A stretch of 64,000 nucleotides of DNA from Prasinococcaceae sp. CCMP 1430. Its lineage: Eukaryota > Plantae > Prasinodermophyta. Positions 31,301 to 38,410 of this stretch are shown piece after piece. Every line of letters starts with the position of its first letter. Positions within the stretch are counted from its first letter, which is position 1. The translations under genes were made by a program, and so were the position numbers. Location of the stretch: assembly GCA_013416795.1 (NCBI GenBank), contig RQSC01000030.1, positions 133,760 through 197,759 on the forward strand. The letters run 5' to 3'. The notes beneath the pieces were generated by a model, which saw nothing but the letters and a program-made list of their open reading frames with translations, made no database searches and had not been told where the DNA came from.

Positions 31301-32055
31301 AGGAGCTCAAGGGACGGCACTAGTGCCAATGCCCTCGTTTGCACGCCATCAGTAAAAGCAGGACTGTTCGAGGCTGTGCCGGCCGCTGCCGTGCTGTCGA
31401 GCAACCCCACCGACAGGGACACGAGGTCCACCGCATGCTGCAGCAATCCAGGAGCGGGGTTGTCGCCGAGCGCGCTTCCAAGAGCCCGCACACATGAGTC
31501 AAGGGACGCGAGCTTCGCCCCTTCGGCTGTCGCGATGCTCGCAGCGCTCGGAGGGTGCGCGCCTGCCTTCCGGCCGGCCAGTCCCTCTCCATGAGGACCA
31601 CGCGGACGGACGGCGCTGCCGCCCCCACGCGCTTCCACAAGCGCCGCAAGCATGGCATTCCGAGGCTCGCCCGCAGCACGAGCGTCAGCATCAGCTCCGG
31701 GCCCGTCGCTACTGTCGCTTGCGAGCGCGCCCCCTTCACCCATCGCGCACAAGTGCTCCCCGAGCATGCGGGCTTCGGCAGCGCTCATGCGCTCGGCGGC
31801 CGCGAGCCGCAGGGTCGCGACTAGCGCACAGCACTCGCGCGCCCAGTCGTCGCCCTGGCCATCCGAGCCGGTCTTGTCAGCCTCCCCAGCAATATCAGAC
31901 AACCTCCTCGCCGCACGCTCGGCGGCTTCAGCCGCGAGCGCCTCCCTGCTCTGCCTGTTGCCGCCGAGAGCGCTGCCACCGGCCGCTGCGTGCACGAGTG
32001 CGCGAGCGAGCGCCTCGAGCGGGCGAGCGCTGCGCGGCGCCCAATCCGGCGCCAT
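16345..32055 (-). CDS. BIG: BIG / UBR4 (p600) N-recognin E3 ligase, ~5236 aa, intronless
   Basis: Single ORF from ATG 32055. UBR box CTYSVSGSHFMEQHWYFCYTCNLTSSKGMCSACARHCHAGHDVVYSRKSRFFCDCGAG; ZZ finger CDVCGDIPIIGTRWHCLICQDYDLCEQC; CPRCSQIVVDKHGVCDYCRENAYQCRNCRNINY; KSPTQEEFIRGGMGRAP; ITYRLQGLDGDATEPM; C-terminal CVVCREGY..KREWDGASLRN..CNNLLPI. Confidence 0.97.
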   Translation of the reverse strand: MAPDWAPRSARPLEALARALVHAAAGGSALGGNRQSREALAAEAAERAARRLSDIAGEADKTGSDGQGDDWARECCALVATLRLAAAERMSAAEARMLGEHLCAMGEGGALASDSSDGPGADADARAAGEPRNAMLAALVEARGGGSAVRPRGPHGEGLAGRKAGAHPPSAASIATAEGAKLASLDSCVRALGSALGDNPAPGLLQHAVDLVSLSVGLLDSTAAAGTASNSPAFTDGVQTRALALVPSLELLVEAELRGECTGVVSSGRLAADGLCEPLAVATASWLERRGGACERMGSACRALAAAPVLRAARDGQPGLARHHLPAVALALEQVTLLLYRDRDGSATTGDEVGGASMPWPEGVIAAPTTDGDRAREAMRDAAHALRAIAPLDALATSIARALCNALGDSSNEELDTKVATAATMALTALAECAGRVPRVAEGMKVMVPVLRRLDIAGASALRRLADGLLCSASRAAGALDALLEGIVTTWAHGTDQTDWLAALVVWAVAEAGTEASAGVLRALVRASSLAVALDGSRDDATCVPSQTMAEALLIAWHAASADDKERVASAMMERVSSLERTIDGEDVFAKQRAAPSRALRVTAFVQLITHMHMYMHFEEPPAWLVARAATLMSTGADVHVRGPTQPRPWCLKLQAPASSATLSRGGDREARGCFAALASTIDAAFCGVHAAAGNSCVVDLLDHSARICLTCAAAIHPQGRCDDESGDDLCRLVGERRLALAEAHTVAERSREVHALALALLRVKQYEGACTTTNTGHETVLGACKALPALVGIVAHQAAGGVAINRVALSLGAVHAGMLGLTIAHVCEILGEIGGDGNATEPTDADVSEAMVAVASALESALNALGRALGACAVSWCGGRPEDEVPLGSLIASSAPMEAIALALGDARCLSDGERPPLLSTERPPWVDALFFTFVAIAPQPGEGCICMEEVLSTVVSEQLGHEPAPETMCALAVSGLCSIARAVCEWRQLASGSVIRSDALREQLLRVCVSSSTSWGHEAALAALGMLTPGAELRGYAHREHEITARKTRDLAVRFVAMPGTDQVEPAKVQRAVRETLLTQLCASLKRLHAMDRAASMEHAWKILSGDCLLRLIGSLESPCFATTAQTRAVLSMIAALARGCSEMRGEVRRVFSRIGGKRTAILLSSVLIPREKIALLHRLSTKASEADGALPASDPVAYASQPPAAIRADALAAIDACYREVGGGDGAEVPPPDDDTREGAEGVLVALVSYCAYAISTNDAPTRVRLATQLALVVAGLLDEDAIARTVGAIASKLEAAVSREDYSAVSLALHAVAECVRACSPRDRAESRSTGRAARPSGRASATARVKGAPVVASKQAKPGADDAARAVFDRMGVRSAKTGARRDDQEDTDAQCTYSVSGSHFMEQHWYFCYTCNLTSSKGMCSACARHCHAGHDVVYSRKSRFFCDCGAGSSNLPRCRCVSQSPGGGEGGPLRAFTRRRPLPKTAVSAPSNTAGHTLPAVPSSAVSLVEADPWLGAPEFADSIAKLASAASARTWQGLGTATYSQAQDPLRCNTDTPAARLPTAAVRALHTTMAARVLPELTSAVEELLPKSSASPGWLASIASLPSADVEWTEHDLLVAKGSQKLPQLSASAQPVRMQRGRATSIGRDEPAVALACSSGSRGIAVTAEGEVACVWDASTIAIASRSATTDTLPSPTVQVQLGHAAKRVAVCTQAGYEGYVATAGARGACSAFVADLKARAVQCKVDIPVGVRLMAADAGGDGRDRASASASRVDVSVLGAEIVGLEWASGRAPWLMVAVGAGVEIIDTAADGLPVVAVVSAPPNDALVDACTARDSEGTLVVLALTASGKVVSAAARDAGASGDAEDRGAVRVCTFDATLFAEGFPSPDSPAAPPGAALHWSEHLHAVVVAWDGMVPLLCVAAPDLRTLVGRPVMFPAACARLARAPSLAARREGRPECVFIEDGAATAGLVVMAGRSTREIVVVDIPRRHYVVAKAPICQASEESGGAVGVLMAAEKSSARSSTSESRRVPLLLARAADGRSVAFHSITHAAPPWDALLLPGVRSEPRDEDSVASGGGVPASSDASTNGRRHHGERPSFAFDFFESCECSTAETTITGNQLRPSDIAGDSDAVAQSLASESGFVEGPPGGFTISAEYVGASGRAIAGARVHVGARGSSHTPTEVRVGPVVLPITSEFSRWYDVPFSAVESLSTQNRLAIYVGTCASERSTPRLSGVEIYTQSKEQLLARADEEAKEVQQVNPRDSEREVLAFVTGMVADGASSGATECVGATLDNRDTPSDAQRATALCGIIGLIGAAVEVLPSSCDLSTVHAVVQRALQPSRGCFERISTIASGVAAALEDIERADEATRDAFSPQIVTGFGSSRADDVLARLQSAVDATPARPGVMLASCWYQTFRDIALAAAAAERGYVRDWEKAMRIVVRICARFMREIPGLRTTPAAMPAIAAVHLVIIMHAAARATGNPSCLEQAASLAAMKGVSVECWATRQAVSSALMAVLVGARAGELGAACQPEAGGHPMTPSALTAQLRAVQIRDEQGDTGAPGASASRTREAQAQQQVRARAAAPTEFACDVCGDIPIIGTRWHCLICQDYDLCEQCYLRQRDTLVSEAIDDENWEEPDFDAETHNSAHPMVAMNAAAPAPARRAEATAGGSEVSSRRDPRTPPSGALSGARPRLSPRALDKTSTACCTAVMSAVSVALAGRLESAESTNSVPDSGDGTPQLLGLCRAIGAGLVHAAHAGSEQAARCLVDHIGALATPLAANATTGMLARSSLYHGAISEIATLVSTQRHWAPVLDTQDASDWLVSALDVLPALMQALEADVAADCEKHVEMIERRRHQSVQPVPAPQRPCLALPRVDALMGSADRQMVSDDSDRAVASCCALDALAKLLLAASFSGALEVSPLRPAWRGVFLSAAAEAPTSALPALEYLLRGMPGAPSEVAVAAEAMRKHLGDAARALSSSSAAGAALTYCDELILLESLSGLTRAANCSPAAWNKLVAGPGVGMRFEDNGDAGDSAEATDMLKAIAWSDRVTSDAAAELALGLLAAALSSKDELENGLRDPSAGGAVISVEELVTFARGAVLERASFSCRKAACAVLRRSWALGGTGHEAGVVARLPDIVALLPAYGERGSELLAWVGEILVADGAAASHFEGSVETLGALLDSIGQVGAVIREHPHASTYASLGRIIDLPGYYLDATPCTVCSSPAPLPTMPVCREAPASSAGAADSERVPAHNRASSASSREDEVPVLGGSALQLTSMVLDSSWPQSVRFTSRGLLGLLPKLHTLCSVSIAVRDARAPGRRAAALANEMEAQGRMGAGHASYGHRRVRSVSVYCSCRPGVGLNELRSDAGAWHRVAAVSLPIDAQASETCVLKLPAAASAVMLEIDGFHPGASSNDAMICPRCSQIVVDKHGVCDYCRENAYQCRNCRNINYDDLDGFMCNECGYSKYGRLEATLQVVEGVRSPCEPVTDDESSRLALAALETFAPEVKQQARLLEGHQRSLLDALEGNARIDAGASASGLEVCDKVRAYVPIRPSVVSVSQLYCSKLRKASDSLARVQTHVRAARAALGARLDMSGEDCDGRNSWRRLLSAQTLQPRSGSARCYGCAVAHAADVVQVLSALAGAPSGTWPRLLGADDRASDVAMLLGTLVPAFEPRSREVARTYLARLASVSPDASRSICCLVRERVRAALASHASVDMGAVISEELALLQQMAQQDVSDLSVTEWESRLRLAVELLLAGLSTGADDPAVARHVLRPCVRILAKAAVPARGGASENAEPWTEGEGVASALVDASAWVGGDQREGVRAHTRRKALLKHKAAVSRPELSAAQVALRWKKKARAAAEQRIGPAGEGWSGQAPNPAEHGLAHDAGGWVAPLLLSSCAPLRDEAASLMGTVASASAHAKLELLAKLVGMLDAAIEAGEYGCTLYGMILDLINEDDAALFLAARGGVAKIAALLARQAAGMVAAENEGREGDAPALVSLGQLTKLLGRMVSLRPARARAVAAGAPLTSMISVVGDLQSLLTTACTESRECADAVQGFLSAIAADGAECQSATVRHIALKLSSLGASGHVPATLRQSVILLELLSLIITPPKEEPDYLLILSKSPTQEEFIRGGMGRAPHSCKENSLVLMRDVKNYICRSLDMLGLLDDDLSMELLVAGRIIALDLPVAQVYEQIWRRHAADSRGIDDADAGDVRTLFGGGARGILHALLNAQPGLAAEMVARGTNVTRSGSAGTNSPLFITYRLQGLDGDATEPMVDSLDDDEEDGEDPEVAFACTSVMAACGGLATLVRVLRASAGGASLGARGARAACLRVLRACARLRANRRALLDTGALAHLIAAAVDMLRVDAKVAAAGSGAATAFEDDDSVQEMMMLLGAIVEEAGAQSSGEGIAITGEAGAHSLDAAAQTGLFVAQLRDACAQGKPRVADAVARLLPFLTMGEAAAMDQIATHFTSVLSGLDESLGEGARSVVAEAELAAAAAAQDPVGGADVGEGEAEGEWTEAAPELVALAQLALAVPGGARGAAQRCALMRAGAVTMAAQALFAVFGGDGWVKGGAAWWHAVREGSALQLVRVLLGSCAPPVADHEDSGAELCAVREGNVLALLHALEGASGTRQLGGCAEELLDALSAGVDATGGLAAPAPGSTAARVSALRLATRESNRRRAEERRASLLAELGFERRMSGVSVSSAVSPSPVAGTSPMDALDVGSAGSSALASTPPGSDGTAAISIPMASTPPSSGAMMATVVASPISARSFEFEGFNVDDLEDEEDGDLVCVVCREGYGLRPIDAVGVYCLCRRVRVAGGGPSAESDGAGGAVGVARAVRSAPWSRSATGGDDGGGEGGSPSMLSLQSAFVSTSHFNVIHTACHADARRADASLRTPKREWDGASLRNNGTPCNNLLPIRAPSLPTADYDRAATAWFDRLETLGPPSAANALQRPPTHSDPGGRFSAAANECAVLINRVAMSDAPVMGGVSASGASSGSGSGATAAAARLLVPMMQLAHWALARAGAAVAENVRLSVLRRVSEASKAFDAGADAPEAWTERLLVEAALCLPAGEWQAHRASFVRYALRRIARESGDGSASEDRVLEAAKAAAAVVGCGEIVRAVACGGSLGEDAKAALAHAGEALADGPALLERLLDELVELVAGVYESESVSEALDAAELLSVALESGVEADDSASDGSVPFVYVRRAISRCDE

Positions 32056-32337
32056 GCAGCCCGCCAAGCGCCGGACCCGGCCGGCGCGCAGGGCGGACCG
32101 GGTGCCTCAGCACTCCGGGCGGTCAACCCCAGCCCCGCTCAACGTGGGGCGCCCGCGTCCGCCTTCACGCGCGCCGTCCCCCCACCCCCCACCCAACACC
32201 CCGCACGAGCACCCACCTCGCGCGTCAACCACCTCGCCCGCTACCGCCGCCCGCGCGCGCCGCCGGCGGCCGACGCGTGCAGGATAGAGAGAGAGGGACG
32301 GAGAGGGGGAGAGAGAGCCCCGCGGGGCGCGGCGGCG

Positions 32338-34663
32338 ATGGCGGCGCCCGCCGGTGCGCGGCCTTCTGTGGCGACGCCGGCGCCCGCAGCGCTNNNNNNN
32401 NNNNNNNNNNNNNNNNNNNNNNNNNNNNNNNNNNNNNNNNNNNNNNNNNNNNNNNNNNNNNNNNNNNNNNNNNNNNNNNNNNNNNNNNNNNNNNNNNNNN
32501 NNNNNNNNNNNNNNNNNNNNNNNNNNNNNNNNNNNNNNNNNNNNNNNNNNNNNNNNNNNNNNNNNNNNNNNNNNNNNNNNNNNNNNNNNNNNNNNNNNNN
32601 NNNNNNNNNNNNNNNNNNNNNNNNNNNNNNNNNNNNNNNNNNNNNNNNNNNNNNNNNNNNNNNNNNNNNNNNNNNNNNNNNNNNNNNNNNNNNNNNNNNN
32701 NNNNNNNNNNNNNNNNNNNNNNNNNNNNNNNNNNNNNNNNNNNNNNNNNNNNNNNNNNNNNNNNNNNNNNNNNNNNNNNNNNNNNNNNNNNNNNNNNNNN
32801 NNNNNNNNNNNNNNNNNNNNNNNNNNNNNNNNNNNNNNNNNNNNNNNNNNNNNNNNNNNNNNNNNNNNNNNNNNNNNNNNNNNNNNNNNNNNNNNNNNNN
32901 NNNNNNNNNNNNNNNNNNNNNNNNNNNNNNNNNNNNNNNNNNNNNNNNNNNNNNNNNNNNNNNNNNNNNNNNNNNNNNNNNNNNNNNNNNNNNNNNNNNN
33001 NNNNNNNNNNNNNNNNNNNNNNNNNNNNNNNNNNNNNNNNNNNNNNNNNNNNNNNNNNNNNNNNNNNNNNNNNNNNNNNNNNNNNNNNNNNNNNNNNNNN
33101 NNNNNNNNNNNNNNNNNNNNNNNNNNNNNNNNNNNNNNNNNNNNNNNNNNNNNNNNNNNNNNNNNNNNNNNNNNNNNNNNNNNNNNNNNNNNNNNNNNNN
33201 NNNNNNNNNNNNNNNNNNNNNNNNNNNNNNNNNNNNNNNNNNNNNNNNNNAAGGGCGGCGTCGTGCGCGCGGCGCTCGCCGCCGCGCGGCGGCGGCACGC
33301 GGCCGTCTCGTGCCTCGAGTGTCACAGCGTGAGGCTGCTCTTCACGGCCGTCCTCAAGCAGCTGCGCGCGGCGGGCGCGGGCGATGGGCCGGGCGCTGCG
33401 CGCCAGCGTGCGGATGCCGAGGGCGCGGGCGACCGCGCGCCGGCCGAAATCGCCGGCGAATCGCCCGCCGAAGGCGGCTGCGCCGCCGCCGAGGGCGCCG
33501 AGGAGGCGAGCGGGAGGCGGCGGTACGGCGTCGACCGCGTGGACGACTTCCTGGAGAAGCTCGCACGCGCTTGCCCGCTGGACGGCCCGACCCACTACAT
33601 CGTGCTCGAGCAGGCCGAGCGGCTGCGCACACGCGCGGCCTTTCCCGCGCTGCTCGCGCTCATGCGCGCACGCGAGCTCGCGGGTGCCAACGTGCACGTC
33701 GTGCTTGTGAGCCGCTCGGGTTGGGACGAGTACGAGGCCTTCGGCCCGACCGGCGGCGCAGAGCCCATCCCCGTGGCCTTTCCCGCCTACAGCGACGCGG
33801 ACCTCGTGCGCGTGCTTGCGCAAATGCGCTACCCGCTCGGCGACACAGGCGGCGCTGCGTCCACGGCGGACGGCGACGCCGAGCGCGAGCTGTACTGCCG
33901 CTTTGCGTCGGTGTGCATCGCCACTCTGGCGCGCGCGACCACATCGGCGCGCGAACTGCATGCAGTGGTGGGCGAGCTCTGGGCGGAGGCCGCCGCTCGT
34001 AGCGTCGCGGCCAAAAACCTCTGGTCGCTGCCCTCGCGCGAGCAGGAGGCCACGCTGCAGTGGGTGCGCAAGCGCGCCAAGGCGGTGCTCGAGTCGGGCG
34101 GACAGTGCGTCGCGCTCGGCCCCTTCCCGGAGGCGCGTGCGAGGGAGGACGCGCTCGCTCGCGAGGGGGCGCCCGCCAGCACGCGCGCCGGTGCCGCAGC
34201 GCTCGAGCTTCCCTTCGTTTCCAAGCTGCTGCTGCTTGCCGCACACATCGCAAGCCGCAACGCGCAGTCGCTCGACAGCGCGCTCTTTACGTCGACGGGC
34301 GCCGTGCGCAAGCGTCGCAAGCGCTCCGCCGCCGCGATGGCGGCCACGCAGGAGGCAGCCGACGCAAAGTGGCTTTCGGGACCCGGCGTCTTCGCGCTCG
34401 AGCGCCTCTACGCCATCTACGCGTGTATCGTCGACGCCGAGTGGGGCGAGGACGGCCTTCCCACATCCGTCAAGGACCCGACCGCCGACCTGCTTTCGCA
34501 GGTGGCGTCCCTCGCTGCGGTCAATCTGCTCGCCACGGCTGGCGGCGACCCTCTCGACGCCAGCGCCCGCTTCCGGTGCAACGTCGGCGATGAGGTCATC
34601 GAGTCTGTCGCGCGGCAAGTAGGCTTTCCGCTGCACAAGTACGCCGTGCGGCAGGCGGCGTGA
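32338..34663 (+). CDS. ORC5: Origin recognition complex subunit 5; internal gap at 32394-33250
   Basis: ATG 32338 (MAAPAGARP..), then after the gap VSCLECHSVRLLFTAVLKQL, YIVLEQAERLR, PIPVAFPAYS, LELPFVSKLLLLAAHIASRN..D..LF, FALERLYAIY, SQVASL..NLL, RFRCNV..ESVARQVGFPLHKY. Confidence 0.92.
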
Positions 34664-34760
34664 GGCGTGGCGGGCGGCGAGCGGCCCAGCGCGTGGCGCT
34701 GTCGCTGCTGGGATTCGAGTAATGTGCCTGTCGGCCTATTGTACATGTGCGCGTGCGGGC

Positions 34761-35587
34761 TCAGCTCTCGCGCGCGGCCCACACGACGCCGTCCATGTCC
34801 ACGCCGGCGGCGGCGAACATGTTGGCGATGGGACAGCGCTGCGAGACGAGGCGGTGCAGCTCGTCTATGCGTTCGGGCGGCTCATCTCCGCGCACGTCGA
34901 CAGCCGCCGTGCCCCAGACCCGCGTCAGGCGGGCGGCGACTGCACGAGCGCATGCGCGAGCGCACGCGCGGGCGCCAGCGCGGGCGCGTCGCGTCGCGTC
35001 GCGTCAGACGGCGGCGTTGGCAGCCGACGCAGCACGAGGCTAGGCGCGCTCCGTCAATGCGTGCCGCACCCCCTTACCTGGCGGCTCCTCGTCGAGCGGC
35101 AGCGCGACTGCGCCGCGGTTGTCTCTCTCAGCGTAGTAGTTGAACTCGATCTTCAGGAGGTCCATACGAGGCTGCATGTGACGAGCGACGAATGCTGCGG
35201 TGGCCTGCTCACACCCAATGAGGGCAGCGAGCAGCGTCTCCACTGGCTGCGCCGCAGCGTCCGAGCCACCCTGCGCCAACGCATGCCGCCGCGTCAGCAC
35301 GTCACTCTCCTTCTCCCCCATCTCTCAAGCGCACGCGTGCATGCCCCTGAGAGCACAGGCGCCCGCCCGCTCGCTCGTACCATCGCCTTCGGCAGGTCCG
35401 TGCGCAGGACGTGTCCGGTGTCTGTTGTCGACGCGGTCTGGCCGCGGACCCCCTCTGCCGAGATGCTGTACCGCTTTGGCTCTGGCACCCCTGCCCCCGC
35501 CCCCACCGCGGCCACGGCCGCGCGCCGCTGCGGGGCGCCGGCCCGCGCCTCGACACCACTCCTCGCACGGCGCGCGCCGCCGCCCAT
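34761..35587 (-). CDS. OsmC/Ohr-family peroxiredoxin-like protein with probable targeting peptide
   Basis: Exons 35587-35381, 35270-35078 and 34939-34761, phase-compatible. TDLPKAM|GGSDAAAQPVETLLAALIGCEQATA..IDELHRLVSQRCPIANMF retains both OsmC cysteines. Confidence 0.85.
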
Positions 35588-35751
35588 CGCAGTCGGCGGC
35601 GCGCGCCGTGCGAGGAGTGGCGGCGATTTCAAACGCGCCGCCGCGCAAAAAAGTCGGGCGAGCGCGCCGCGAGCGCCACACAGAGGGCGCGCGCCGGGGC
35701 AGGTGCGCGGCGGGCGCAGCTCGCGGGCTGGGGCGGGGTGGCCTAGCCGCG

Positions 35752-36607
35752 ATGGCCGCCTCGGGAGATGCTGGCGGCGACGTCAGCGAGTTCGGCGAGG
35801 TGCTCGTGCGTCGAGGCTCCGTCGTCGTGGTGAATGCCACGCCCGATCGATTCGACGAGCTCGAGCGCGTGCAGGCGGCATCGTACCCGACGCTCGCGCA
35901 GAGTGACCTCATTCTCGCCACGCACCTGCGCGCGCAACACGCCGCCTTTGCCGAGGGACAGCACATGGCCATTGACACGGAGACCGGCCGCGTCGTCGGC
36001 ATGAACTGCGGCTTGCTCACCGACAGCTTCGACGAGGCGCACCCCCAGCACACTTTCCAGGGGATGACCGGCGGCCTGATGTTCACCACGCACACGCCCA
36101 GTGGCGCGTGGTACTATGGCGCGGATATCTGCGTGCACCCGGACTGCCGCGGCAAGGGCGTCGGCCGCATGCTCTACGACGCGCGCAAGGCGGTCGCGCG
36201 CAGGCACAACTGCAAGGGCATCACGAGCGGCGGGCTCATCCCCGGGTACTGCAGGCACATGGCGGGGCATCCAAAGTGCGGGCCGGAGCCGCTCACGGCA
36301 CGCGAATACGTGAGCAAAGGTGAGATGGGGTTGGGGGCGCCCAGCGATGCTGTGCGCCACCCGCCACTCTCCGTTCGCGGCGCTCGTGCGTGAGCGCGGC
36401 GCGGCTGTTGGGCTGAAGGCTGACGAAGCAGCAGTTGTCGCCGGCGAGCTGAACGACCCGACGCTGAGCTTCCAGCTGCGATGTGGCTTCGAGGTCGTCG
36501 GCGTCATCGATTCGTACTTGGAGGACACAGCGTCGGGCAATTACGCCGCAGCGATCGTGTGGCGCAACCCGGACTACTCCGAGGCGGGCGCCGCTCGCGA
36601 GCGATGA
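35752..36607 (+). CDS. Bacterial-type GNAT N-acetyltransferase (YkwB-like / nitrilase-associated GNAT type)
   Basis: Exons 35752-36319 and 36435-36607. WYYGADICVHPDCRGKGVGRMLYDARKAVARRHNCKGITSGGLIPGY..EYVSK|VVAGELNDPTLSFQLRCGFEVVGVIDSYLED..YAAAIVWRNPDY. Confidence 0.85.
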
Positions 36608-36688
36608 GACGCGAGATGCGCTCGTGGCGCACCCCGGACTACTCCGAGGCGGGCGCCGCTCGCGAGCGATGAGACGCGAGATGCGCTC
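36559..36688 (+). repeat. 65-bp tandem duplication spanning the GNAT stop codon
   Basis: Units 36559-36623 and 36624-36688 are identical except for one a/c substitution. Confidence 0.92.
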
Positions 36689-36754
36689 GCGCGTGCTCGC
36701 TGCGAGCGCAGGGACGTCAGGGACGTCCGCACGGCGGGTGCCGCCGAATGCCTC

Positions 36755-36786
36755 TATATAGGGTTTAGATAATAGGGTTTGTTTAG
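36755..36786. promoter_or_regulatory. TATA-like motif plus two telo-box (TAGGGTTT / AAACCCTA) motifs upstream of PSB28
   Basis: tatatagggtttagataatagggtttgtttag in an AT-rich island about 180 bp upstream of ATG 36956. Confidence 0.45.
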
Positions 36787-36955
36787 TCGTTGAGTCGAGT
36801 CTCCTTTCGGAATTGCGCGTGCATTCGTATTATTCGCTGGCGCTGGCGCGTTTCGCGTGGGATTTGATGGGGGCTTTCGAGGGCCGGCGTCCGTCGCCGC
36901 CCGGTCGACGTGGCCGCCCCGCCACGCGTGCGGCACGCGCGAGGCGGCCATCAAA

Positions 36956-37736
36956 ATGCACGCGCGGGGCGCTGCTGCTGCAGCATTGGGGGCGGTGCGG
37001 GCTGGGGGAAGGCGTGGCACTCGGTGCGCGCGGCGTGAGGCACGCGCTTCTTCTTCCCCGCCCGCCCCCCCTTACGCCGCCCGCGCCGATGCAGCGCTGC
37101 TGCAGCTCCTCGCCGGCGGCGCGCGCGGACGCGCCGCGCGGCCGCGGCGGCCGCGGCGACGGCCATCCAGTTCATCAAGGGGGTCAACGAGAGCGTGGTG
37201 CCCGACGTGCGGCTCACGCGCGCCAAGGACGGCAGCAGCGGCACGGCGTTCTTCACCTTCGACAAGCCCGACGTCTTCGAGTCGTCGGGCGAGATGGGCG
37301 AGATCACCGGGCTGTACCTCCTCGACGAGGAGGTGCGCGGCGCGGCGCCGGCCGCGCGGCTTCGGGGCGCGCGGCAGCACCGTCCAGACCTCTGCTTCAG
37401 GCAGTCGCATCGGCGAGGCGCTGACCAGAGCGCTTTCTCCCCCGCCGCCCCATCCCATGGCATCCCTGCCTTGCCTTTCCCCCCTCTTCCCTTCTCTGTC
37501 TTCCCTCTCTCTCCCTCTCCCTTCCTACCGCTGCCCTTGCGCCCCCTCCCGCCTGCGCTGCCCTCGCGCAGGGCGACCTCAGCACCGTCGACGTCAACTG
37601 CAAGTTCATCAACGGCAAGGCGACCGCGATCGAGGCGAAGCTCGTCCTGCGCTCGGCCTTCGAGTGGGACCGGTTCATGCGCTTCATGGAGCGCTACGCC
37701 GAGGAGCAGGGGCTGGGCTTCTCCAAGTCCAAGTAG
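36956..37736 (+). CDS. PSB28: Photosystem II assembly factor Psb28 with transit peptide
   Basis: Exons 36956-37034, 37106-37332 and 37572-37736; the first exon is inferred from phase. [47 protein letters not shown]|[42 protein letters not shown]. Confidence 0.95.
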
Positions 37737-38410
37737 TGAGCGCGGCCCGGCCCGGCTCTTGTACATTTAAACCACACGCGTGGCGTGCGCGACACGGCAC
37801 GCACGCGCGCGCGCGCGCGCCGCGGCGGCCGCCGCCCTGCTCNNNNNNNNNNNNNNNNNNNNNNNNNNNNNNNNNNNNNNNNNNNNNNNNNNNNNNNNNN
37901 NNNNNNNNNNNNNNNNNNNNNNNNNNNNNNNNNNNNNNNNNNNNNNNNNNNNNNNNNNNNNNNNNNNNNNNNNNNNNNNNNNNNNNNNNNNNNNNNNNNN
38001 NNNNNNNNNNNNNNNNNNNNNNNNNNNNNNNNNNNNNNNNNNNNNNNNNNNNNNNNNNNNNNNNNNNNNNNNNNNNNNNNNNNNNNNNNNNNNNNNNNNN
38101 NNNNNNNNNNNNNNNNNNNNNNNNNNNNNNNNNNNNNNNNNNNNNNNNNNNNNNNNNNNNNNNNNNNNNNNNNNNNNNNNNNNNNNNNNNNNNNNNNNNN
38201 NNNNNNNNNNNNNNNNNNNNNNNNNNNNNNNNNNNNNNNNNNNNNNNNNNNNNNNNNNNNNNNNNNNNNNNNNNNNNNNNNNNNNNNNNNNNNNNNNNNN
38301 NNNNNNNNNNNNNNNNNNNNNNNNNNNNNNNNNNNNNNNNNNNNNNNNNNNNNNNNNNNNNNNNNNNNNNNNNNNNNNNNNNNNNNNNNNNNNNNNNNNN
38401 NNNNNNNNNN

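Noticed and set aside
33251-33265. ORC5 Walker A reading K-G rather than K-T/S
   Set aside because: These are the first bases after a gap, so base calls and frame are unreliable.
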